59,924 bases of DNA from Bacteroidota bacterium (lineage in GTDB: Bacteria > Bacteroidota > Bacteroidia > Bacteroidales > NBLH01): assembly GCA_039714415.1 (NCBI GenBank), contig JBDLJL010000005.1, positions 1 to 59,924 on the forward strand, in the 5' to 3' direction. This document shows positions 49,138 to 57,396 of this stretch, piece after piece. The position numbers and the translations under genes were made by a program. Positions within the stretch are counted from its first letter, which is position 1; the number at the start of each line of letters is the position of its first letter. The notes beneath the pieces were generated by a model. It was not told the DNA's origin. It did no database searches and saw only the letters and a program-made list of their open reading frames with translations.

Positions 49138-49268
49138 AAAAATTATAAACTGTGTAAATATTTAGATTTTATAAAATTTCCGATGAAACAAGTCCTGAGA
49201 ATTAAGACGGTAGCATCCCGAAAATACGGGACAGGTACTGACAACTGGGAATAGTTAAAAATAAACAG

Positions 49269-52200
49269 ATGAAAAACTTATTTATTGTATTAGCAGTTCT
49301 TTTGCAATTGCCTTTGTTAGTTAACAGTCAAGTTAAAAATAAAGGGATACCTTATATTATTAACTATTCCAGTAATGTTTACAAAGCACATAATCAAAAT
49401 TGGTCTACTGTACAGGACAAACGTGGGGTTATGTATTTTGGAAATACGATGGGAGTACTGGAATTTGACGGGCAAAACTGGAAACTAATTCCTGTAAAAA
49501 ACAATTCATTGGCAAGATCACTTGCAGTTGATCAATCGGGTAGGGTGTATGTTGGTGCAAGAAACGAGTTTGGGTATTTGAAACCCGACAGTATTGGTCG
49601 ATTGATTTATGTTTCACTTGTTGATGATATAAATGACGAAAATAATGGAAGTTCAAAATACGATATAGGCCAAATTTTAATAACCAAGGGTAGGATATTC
49701 TTTGTAGGTCGTGGGATAATGTTTAAATATGAAAGTGGAAAAGTTGAAGTAATAAATAATAAAAATATACTTCAGGCTTATGAAATAGAAAACAGAATCT
49801 TTGTTAAAATGCAAAACAAGGGAATTACTGAGTTTATTGATGGTGAATTCAGACTAATCCCTGATGGAAGTCTTTTGAAAAACTATAGTTTAAGGGCAGT
49901 TTTACCTTATAACAATAAATTTTTATTTGTTACCCTGAAAGATGGTCTGTTTTTATTCGATGATCAAAAAATTAAAAAACTTAATATACCTATTGACAGG
50001 TTTTTGAAAGGGAAAAAAATAATTACCTCCATTCAATTAAAAGGAGGTGAATATGTTTTTGGGATGTTCTCTAACGGATTATTAATTACAGATAAGCAGT
50101 TTAATCCAATTCAACATATTGATACTAAAACTGGTTTACATAATAATCAGGTATATAGTGCTTTTCAAGATAATAGATCAAATATTTGGTTAGGCCTGGC
50201 TAATGGAATTTCTGAATTATTAACAAGTTTACCAGTTAGCCTTTTTAATGAAAATTATGGTTTATCAGGAAAAGTGAATTCTTCTATTATTTATAAAGAT
50301 CAATTGTATATTGGAACTTCAAGTGGTGTATTCTCGAAAAAATGGCCGGATTTCGAAAATCATTTTGATAAGAAAAACCAATTTCAAATGATGGGTGAAC
50401 CGGTACAGGTATTTAACATTGATACAGGAAATAATAAAATTCTTATTGCCCATACAGTTGATGTCAGAACTGCAACTAAAGAAAAACATAGGAACCTAAA
50501 GTTAGAAAAAACTACATACTATCGATTTTTAAGCTTAAATGGTAATCCTAAACTTGCAATTGTAGGAACTAAAAAAGGGTTGACCTTGCTTGAATTCAAA
50601 ATTGAAAAAAGTGCCCGGCCCAGATTTAAAAACTTTAAAGAATATAAAGAGTGGGTCAAAAATAATAAGAAAAAAGATGGGAAATGGGTATTTAGGAAAA
50701 CTATAAAAGGTTTTAATGAAAGTTGCCGGCACATTCAAATTGATGAAAATAATGATATATGGTATTCAGATAAAACAAAGGGCATAGCAAGGCTAAGCTT
50801 AAACGATCAATTGGATAGTGTTGCTGTAAAATGGTATACTGAAGAAGAAGGCATCCAGAATTTGTCAGGTAATCAGGTTCTTAAAATAGGAAATAACATA
50901 TTGGCCGGGACAGAAAATGGATTGTATAACTATATTCCTGAACTGGATGGATTTAAAAAAGAAGAAATATTTAATGACATATTGGGAACTGACGTAAAGA
51001 TTGATTTATTTATTGAAGATCAGCTTGGTAATATTTGGTTTAGGCAAAAAAGGAAATTAAAAAACTCAGATACTGAAGTTTATGAGCTAGGTGAGCTAAT
51101 CATGCAAGATGATGGCAGCTACTACCTTAATAAAACGCCTTTTTGTAAGCTTAGGAATAATGTTCATTCTGTTTCACTTCTTGATAATAATGAAATTATT
51201 ATTGGTGCAGAAAAAGGATTTGTTCATTATGATACAAGGATTCAGAAAGACCATTATCAACCTTATTATGCTTTATTAAGAAAGGTAAGGTTTGTATCAA
51301 ATGATTCAATAATATTTGATGGCACCAATATGGATTCATTGGGTATGGCTTCATTATATCAGCAGGAAAATCAAATAAAACAAGTTCCTTTTAATCTTAA
51401 TGACATCAGGTTTTCATTTTCAGCGCCATTTTATGATGAACCTGACAAAATTAAATTTAAGTTTTTCCTTGAAGGAAATGATAAAGGTTGGTCAGACTGG
51501 AAAGAAGAAAATTATAAAGACTATTCAAATCTACGGCCTGGGGATTATACATTTCATGTAATTGCCAAAAATATTTATGAGGTAGAAAGTGTCGAAGCAA
51601 CTTATAAATTCACTATTTTACCTCCTTGGTATATGACAGTTTGGGCTTTTGTGTTATATGCTATTGCTTTAGCATTATTAATTTGGGGTATTGTTAGGTT
51701 GAGTGTAAGGCGTTTGCGTTTGCAAAAGGAGCACCTTGAAATGGTTGTGAAAGAACGTACCGCAGAAATTAACCAGGCAAAAGAAGAAATAGAAGCAACA
51801 AATGAAATGTTGTTGGAATCAAATGAACAAATTAAAGCTAAAAATATTAGTATAACGGCGAGTATAACATATGCCAAGAGGATTCAGGATGCTATGTTGC
51901 CTTTAATGGATAGGATAAGCCAGGCTCTTGATAAGTATTTTATTTTATTTAAGCCAAGGGATATTGTTAGTGGTGATTTCTATTGGTTTGCTGAAAAGAA
52001 TGGTAAAATAATAATTGCTACTGTTGATTGTACAGGACATGGTGTGCCTGGTGCCTTTATGAGTATGATAGGTAGTGAAATATTAACTACAATTGTTAGC
52101 CAGGGTATTACCCAGCCATCCATAATTTTGGATATGAAAAACAAATATGTTCAAACGGCGTTAAAACAAAACCAGACTGACAATCAGGATGGTATGGATA

Positions 52201-52604
52201 TGACTGTTTGTACAATTGATAAAGAGAAAAAAATAGTTGAATTTGCAGGTGCTAAAAATCCGCTAATTTATATTCAGAATGGCGAATTGTTTCATATTAA
52301 AGGTGATAAGCAATCAATTGGTGGTCGAAAAACAGCCAGGGACAAGCCGTTTATTAACTATGAGATTTCTTACGCCGAGCATGAAACTCATTTCTATACT
52401 TTATCTGATGGTTACCCTGACCAATTTGGGGGGGCAAAGGATAGAAAATTTATGATAAGAAGAATGAAAGAGATGTTTATGGAACTCTGTACCAAAAGTA
52501 TGAGGGAACAGGAAAAAATCCTGGATTACACCATTGAAAACTGGATGAAAGACACAGAACAAACTGATGATATAATTGTTCTGGGATTTACTTTAAAACC
52601 CTAA
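49269..52604 (+). CDS. Sensor protein: periplasmic two-component-regulator propeller plus Y_Y_Y domain, TM, coiled coil, PP2C/SpoIIE-type serine phosphatase
   Basis: Signal peptide. Repeated propeller blades. Y_Y_Y-type YSNLRPGDYTFHVIAKN. TM VWAFVLYAIALALLIWGIV. SpoIIE blocks SGDFYWF, DCTGHGVPGAFMS, TDDIIVLGF. Confidence 0.85.
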   Translation: MKNLFIVLAVLLQLPLLVNSQVKNKGIPYIINYSSNVYKAHNQNWSTVQDKRGVMYFGNTMGVLEFDGQNWKLIPVKNNSLARSLAVDQSGRVYVGARNEFGYLKPDSIGRLIYVSLVDDINDENNGSSKYDIGQILITKGRIFFVGRGIMFKYESGKVEVINNKNILQAYEIENRIFVKMQNKGITEFIDGEFRLIPDGSLLKNYSLRAVLPYNNKFLFVTLKDGLFLFDDQKIKKLNIPIDRFLKGKKIITSIQLKGGEYVFGMFSNGLLITDKQFNPIQHIDTKTGLHNNQVYSAFQDNRSNIWLGLANGISELLTSLPVSLFNENYGLSGKVNSSIIYKDQLYIGTSSGVFSKKWPDFENHFDKKNQFQMMGEPVQVFNIDTGNNKILIAHTVDVRTATKEKHRNLKLEKTTYYRFLSLNGNPKLAIVGTKKGLTLLEFKIEKSARPRFKNFKEYKEWVKNNKKKDGKWVFRKTIKGFNESCRHIQIDENNDIWYSDKTKGIARLSLNDQLDSVAVKWYTEEEGIQNLSGNQVLKIGNNILAGTENGLYNYIPELDGFKKEEIFNDILGTDVKIDLFIEDQLGNIWFRQKRKLKNSDTEVYELGELIMQDDGSYYLNKTPFCKLRNNVHSVSLLDNNEIIIGAEKGFVHYDTRIQKDHYQPYYALLRKVRFVSNDSIIFDGTNMDSLGMASLYQQENQIKQVPFNLNDIRFSFSAPFYDEPDKIKFKFFLEGNDKGWSDWKEENYKDYSNLRPGDYTFHVIAKNIYEVESVEATYKFTILPPWYMTVWAFVLYAIALALLIWGIVRLSVRRLRLQKEHLEMVVKERTAEINQAKEEIEATNEMLLESNEQIKAKNISITASITYAKRIQDAMLPLMDRISQALDKYFILFKPRDIVSGDFYWFAEKNGKIIIATVDCTGHGVPGAFMSMIGSEILTTIVSQGITQPSIILDMKNKYVQTALKQNQTDNQDGMDMTVCTIDKEKKIVEFAGAKNPLIYIQNGELFHIKGDKQSIGGRKTARDKPFINYEISYAEHETHFYTLSDGYPDQFGGAKDRKFMIRRMKEMFMELCTKSMREQEKILDYTIENWMKDTEQTDDIIVLGFTLKP

Positions 52605-52613
52605 CTTAGAGCA

Positions 52614-52651
52614 TAAAAAAAGGAACCTGTTATTACAGATTCCTTTTTTTT
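52614..52651. terminator. Bidirectional intrinsic terminator
   Basis: A-run, hairpin AAGGAACCTG-ttatta-CAGATTCCTT (one mismatch), T-run. It lies between convergent ORFs. Confidence 0.6.
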
Positions 52652-52665
52652 ATGATTATTTATAC

Positions 52666-52881
52666 CTAATATACTTTATTAAAACTGGTTTCCACCTGAG
52701 TAGTAGAAACAGAAATACTTTCCTTTGCTTTTAGTACCGATTTATATAAAAACCTTAATGCAAAAACAACTCCTAAAGGGGCAATAAAAATTACAATTGC
52801 AATTAAAAATAAAACGTTGGTAATTGCTGATTCCTTTCCTTTAAGAAATATCATATCTTTTTTTGTTTCCATAAATTCCAC
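52666..52881 (-). CDS. Possible small single-pass membrane protein
   Basis: 71-aa ORF with one hydrophobic helix (VLFLIAIVIFIAPLGVVFAL). There is no other support. Confidence 0.3.
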   Translation of the reverse strand: MEFMETKKDMIFLKGKESAITNVLFLIAIVIFIAPLGVVFALRFLYKSVLKAKESISVSTTQVETSFNKVY

Positions 52882-53034
52882 TCCTTCTATTACAAAATTA
52901 ATCCCTTTTCAAATATATTGCAAATATATTGCCAATTATTTTTCAATGAATAAATGTTTTTATAGGATAAGTATTGTATAAATTGGGATGAATTGTCGTT
53001 TTTTTATGATAAGCACTGTGACTCCATGGCTTGA

Positions 53035-53397
53035 TTTTACAATGCCAGTATCTATTTTAAGTTACAATATGTAATGTTTGATTGTGGTTATGTTCCTGGA
53101 AAATCTTATACCCTAAAAATAGATGCTTCTCATTCAGGATCACAAAGAATTGGTTTTGAAATTACTGCTGAAAATAACCCATCTGGTAAAATTGGAACAT
53201 TTGCAGTTATTAATGATAAATTAACCCAATTTTCAAACGACAGCAATGCGGTTACACATAATTCAAAAGGAACTATTGCTACCAATGATTCTATAAGTTG
53301 GCAGCTAAATTGGGAAGCGCCAGGATCGGGATCCGGAGACGTAACTTTTTATCTTGCTGTAAATGCTACAAATGGTGACTTGTCATCAAGTAGATGA
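53035..53397 (+). pseudogene. Orphan fragment of a secreted Reeler-like domain protein, lacking a signal peptide and a C-terminal region
   Basis: YVPGKSYTLKID...RIGFEITAE...WQLNWEAPGSGSGDVTFYLAVNATNG resembles the domain found in large secreted/T9SS proteins. The frame is closed by a stop at 53032-53034 and ends abruptly at 53397. Confidence 0.45.
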
Positions 53398-53708
53398 TAT
53401 TTTGGATATGGGTTTTAAACTATAAATTTTTTATCAAACTTAATTTTTAGAATATGAAAAAATGTGGCAAAAAATGAATTGCAATGCATATTGAGTTTAA
53501 AAAAATACTCTATGCAGATTGTTAAGCTTTTGTCAGATAGTATTTTAATAGTCAGATAACCAAGCAACTTAGTGATACTTCCCCTAAACATAGCGAAAAA
53601 TTTTTGCAATTTTCTAGTCGGTCCTTGCCATTTATATTATAAACAGATGAGAATACTGAGGTCTGAATCCTTTCTTTTTATACTTTTGTAAAAAAAAAAG
53701 GCTGTGTG

Positions 53709-54335
53709 ATGGATTTGGAAAAGAAGATTGAACCCCAAGGCAATATTGTTAAAGATTTTTTATTAGTGGCAAATGAGTATTGTATGCTTATGGAAAATAT
53801 GGCTGAATATTCAAAGAAAGAATTATTGGAAAAAGTGCAAAAAATTCTTAGCCTCATATACATAAAGGCATCTGTATTGCCTGTACCTGCTGAAGGGGAT
53901 GAGCTTTACGTAGAGAAATTTGTTCAGGAAGAAGATTGGCAGTTTATTCAAAATGGATTGGCCGGTAAACTTGGTTCACGTGAATCGTTTTTTGAAGTTT
54001 TCACACCTGATTCTCTGGAAACTGATAATGCTGAAGATATTAGCCTATCAGAAGCTTTAACTGATGTTTATCAGGACATGAAAGATATTGTTACATTATA
54101 TCAGCTTGGAAATGAAGAAAGTTTGGAAGGAGGATTGTTTGATTGTAAAATAAATTTTGAACGATACTGGGGCCCGCGTTTATTAGCTGTTTTGTCTGTT
54201 ATCCATAATATTATTTATGGAACAGAAAATCTGGAAGATGAAGATGATAATTCTACTGATAAATCTGTTAAAAATGAAAAGCCAAATACGGATAACTGGT
54301 TGATAAATAGAAAATTTGATGATTTTAAGAATTAA
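53709..54335 (+). CDS. DUF5063-like protein
   Basis: About 208 aa, acidic. Its position directly upstream of a 3'-5' exonuclease gene is, from memory, a conserved Bacteroidota pair. The family name is recalled, not searched. Confidence 0.55.
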   Translation: MDLEKKIEPQGNIVKDFLLVANEYCMLMENMAEYSKKELLEKVQKILSLIYIKASVLPVPAEGDELYVEKFVQEEDWQFIQNGLAGKLGSRESFFEVFTPDSLETDNAEDISLSEALTDVYQDMKDIVTLYQLGNEESLEGGLFDCKINFERYWGPRLLAVLSVIHNIIYGTENLEDEDDNSTDKSVKNEKPNTDNWLINRKFDDFKN

Positions 54336-54363
54336 TTGTAATATTAGAATTTAAGATAAGAAG

Positions 54364-54942
54364 ATGCAGTTGGAAAAAAGTATTACAAAGGAAGAGGTGA
54401 GTAAGTTGCCATTAAGAGCTTTTGAGGGTGAAATATTTGTAGTAGAAAATGAAAATGATGTACAAAAGGCAATTTCTGTTTTAAAAAATTCTAATATAAT
54501 TGGTTTTGATACAGAGACGAGACCCTCGTTTAAAAAAGGTAGAATTAACAAAGTTGCATTATTACAACTATCAAGTAGTAGTCAGGCTTTTTTATTTCGT
54601 TTAAATGGAAATGGTTTGCATAGAGCTGTTGCTGATCTATTGGCTGATGAAAAAATAGTTAAAGTCGGTGTAGCTATCAGGGATGACCTAATTGCTTTAA
54701 AAAGGATTAGAAAGTTTGAACCACAGTCATTTGTAGAGCTACAAGCTTATGTGAAAAATTTTGACATTGAGAACTTTAGTCTTCAAAAACTTGCTGCTAT
54801 AGTGTTGGGTTTCCGCATTTCAAAATCAAAACGCCTTTCAAATTGGGAAGCTGAAACTTTAGGCCCAGGGCAGTTAAAATATGCTGCTACTGATGCATGG
54901 GTGTCTCTGGAGGTATATAAAAAACTACTTGGTAACATTTAA
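54364..54942 (+). CDS. 3'-5' exonuclease (DEDDy, RNase D/WRN-exo type)
   Basis: ExoI IIGFDTETRP and ExoIII YAATDAWVS motifs. Confidence 0.85.
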   Translation: MQLEKSITKEEVSKLPLRAFEGEIFVVENENDVQKAISVLKNSNIIGFDTETRPSFKKGRINKVALLQLSSSSQAFLFRLNGNGLHRAVADLLADEKIVKVGVAIRDDLIALKRIRKFEPQSFVELQAYVKNFDIENFSLQKLAAIVLGFRISKSKRLSNWEAETLGPGQLKYAATDAWVSLEVYKKLLGNI

Positions 54943-54981
54943 TTATTATAGAGACCATTATCGTATTAATTTGGATTAAAA

Positions 54982-55779
54982 ATGATTAGTAAAAGGATAC
55001 CTGTAAAGGGACTATTGCTATTTTGTTTAGTAGTGTTTTCACACCTTTCATATTCACAAATAATTGATTATGTGGTTTATGACTATGATTCTTTGCCTCT
55101 ACAGGGGAAACGCGTAGCTTTGGTAATTGGAAATAGCTCATATTTTGATAAAGAGCTAAATAATGCCTCATATAACGCCTATCGTTTGAGTGCATCATTG
55201 ACCAAACATGGCTTTGAAGTTTTGGCTGCTATTGATGTGGATAGAAAGCAAATGCTTAGCAAAATTATTGAGTATGAGGAAAAACTTAAACAGCAAATAG
55301 AAATTAGTTTTATTTATTATATTGGCTATGGCTTTAATTATATCGATAATAGTAGTAACTATTTACTTCCGATAGCAGCAAGTTTAAAAAAAGCCCAGGA
55401 TTTAGAACTTGAAGCCATAAATACAAATAGGATATTCCAAATAGCTGAAAAAAACAAAACGGGAATCAATATTTTTATTTTTGATGCTTCATATGACAAA
55501 GATTATTCTTTGCAAAATCTAAGCCCTTTTCTTATGCCGGATACAAGGATTCCACCTGGCTCTTATATGCTGATTTCCAATACCAGCTCAACCAAAAACT
55601 TTTCAAACAGCACTAATTTTTTTACCGATGAATTTATTAATGTTTTAAAAATTCCTAACCTCCCGATGGAAGATTTTTTTAAACAACTACGGATAAATAT
55701 TTATAAAAAATCCAACAAAATGCAAATTCCTTGGAATACCCAAACGGTTGATGGATTATTCTATCTGAACAGGAAATAA
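54982..55779 (+). CDS. Secreted caspase-fold (peptidase C14-like) protein with both catalytic residues substituted
   Basis: Signal peptide. KRVALVIGNSSY and NYLLPIAA blocks are typical of bacterial caspase domains. The expected GHG is GYG (Y116, nt 55327-55329). The expected DAC is DAS (S170, nt 55489-55491). Confidence 0.7.
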   Translation: MISKRIPVKGLLLFCLVVFSHLSYSQIIDYVVYDYDSLPLQGKRVALVIGNSSYFDKELNNASYNAYRLSASLTKHGFEVLAAIDVDRKQMLSKIIEYEEKLKQQIEISFIYYIGYGFNYIDNSSNYLLPIAASLKKAQDLELEAINTNRIFQIAEKNKTGINIFIFDASYDKDYSLQNLSPFLMPDTRIPPGSYMLISNTSSTKNFSNSTNFFTDEFINVLKIPNLPMEDFFKQLRINIYKKSNKMQIPWNTQTVDGLFYLNRK

Positions 55780-55922
55780 CCAATAAATTTCTTTATAAAA
55801 ATTAAACATAAAGTTTGAATTATAATATATAAAGGTTATATTTGCTGCTTATTACGTTTAGGGGTTATATGTGTTGTTTATTATATTTAAAGATTATAAA
55901 TAAATTTCATTCTTTTATGTTT

Positions 55923-56594
55923 ATGATTAATCAAAAATTTGCGGTAATTACCGGCGATATTGTAAAATCTCATAATATAAAGGACTATGATAGGCAAACG
56001 CTTATTGAAGCTCTTAAAAACTCTTTTGAAGAAATTAATGCTCAATTACTTCAAGAAAAAGAACTTCCATTTGAGTTATATCGCGGCGATAGTTTCCAGG
56101 CTGTTATTAAACAACCTCGTATTGCATTGGAAATAGGCCTGATGCTAAGGGCAAAAATTAGAAGCTTGACACAATTTAAAAGAAAAGATAGTATTTATTG
56201 GGATACACGTTTGGCAATAGGCATTGGTAAGATTGATTATTTTGCAGACCGGATAGTGGAATCCGATGGCGAAGCATTTAAATTCTCAGGAAAAGTATTA
56301 GATAGTATGAAAAGAGATGAACGATTAAGAATTCATACGCCATGGAATGAAGTAAATGAAGAACTAAAAGTGGAATGTACATTTGCTGATGCAATTATCA
56401 GTAGGTGGTCAGTTAACCAGTCTGAAGTTATATATAGATACTTATTAAAAAGAGAAACCCAAAAGAAATTGGCTGAACAGTTTAATATCAGTCAGCCCGC
56501 TTTGCGCAAAAGATTGGTGGTTTCAGGAAATATAGATAGTATCAATGTTTTTATTAACAGATATAAAAGTTTAATTCAATCAAAGTTGATATGA
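55923..56594 (+). CDS. satD: SatD-family protein (cyclase-like N-terminal domain plus C-terminal HTH)
   Basis: N-terminal FAVITGDIVKS, YRGDSFQAVI and RLAIGIGKI blocks are typical of SatD. C-terminal HTH ETQKKLAEQFNISQPALRKRL. Partnered with a DUF3307 gene, as in the sat operon. Confidence 0.65.
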   Translation: MINQKFAVITGDIVKSHNIKDYDRQTLIEALKNSFEEINAQLLQEKELPFELYRGDSFQAVIKQPRIALEIGLMLRAKIRSLTQFKRKDSIYWDTRLAIGIGKIDYFADRIVESDGEAFKFSGKVLDSMKRDERLRIHTPWNEVNEELKVECTFADAIISRWSVNQSEVIYRYLLKRETQKKLAEQFNISQPALRKRLVVSGNIDSINVFINRYKSLIQSKLI

Positions 56595-57325
56595 TTTTTT
56601 CAGGAATTGATATTTTATTTAGATTATTTGCTGCACATATTCTTTCCGATTTTGTTTTTCAGCCCAATAGCTGGGTTAGCGATAGAAAAGAGAACAAAGC
56701 AAAGTCAAAGTATCTATATATGCATGTGGGCGTTACGGGCATATTAGCCTATCTGTTCATGGGGCATTATACTCATATTTGGGTGCCTTTGATAATAAGT
56801 GGTACGCATTTGTTGGTTGATATAATTAAATCATATTTAAAAAATGATAATCTGTGGTTATTTATACTTGATCAGATTATTCACCTACTGGTAATTATTT
56901 TATGCTGGTTAGGTTTTACAAAACAATTTGGCATAACCCTTTCCCTAATAAATGACTTTTCAGATAATACAGCACTGTGGGTAGTAATTTTGGGATATAT
57001 CCTTATGACCATACCTCTTTCCGTACTTATTTCAAAAATTACACAAAAATGGAGTGCCGAGATAAACGATAATACAGAACAAAGCCTGGAAGATGCCGGG
57101 AAATGGATTGGTATTTTAGAAAGGATACTAATATTCACTTTCATCATTATCGGACAATTTGAAATTATTGGCTTTTTACTTGCTGCAAAATCGGTTTTTC
57201 GTTTTGGTGATTTAAAAGATAAGCAGGACAGGAAAAGGACAGAATACATTTTGATAGGTACATTATTAAGCTTTTCAGCTGCTATTTTTATAGGGATGTT
57301 TGTTAAAATGATGATTGGCGGATAG
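56591..57325 (+). CDS. DUF3307-family polytopic membrane protein (SatE-like)
   Basis: N-terminal AAHILSDFVFQ motif of DUF3307. About 7 hydrophobic helices. ATGA overlap with the upstream gene. Confidence 0.65.
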   Translation: MIFSGIDILFRLFAAHILSDFVFQPNSWVSDRKENKAKSKYLYMHVGVTGILAYLFMGHYTHIWVPLIISGTHLLVDIIKSYLKNDNLWLFILDQIIHLLVIILCWLGFTKQFGITLSLINDFSDNTALWVVILGYILMTIPLSVLISKITQKWSAEINDNTEQSLEDAGKWIGILERILIFTFIIIGQFEIIGFLLAAKSVFRFGDLKDKQDRKRTEYILIGTLLSFSAAIFIGMFVKMMIGG

Positions 57326-57396
57326 TTTTTAGCTACTTATAAATAAATAGAGTTGTATGTCATTATTGACAACAAAAAAAATGTATTTTTACGCCT

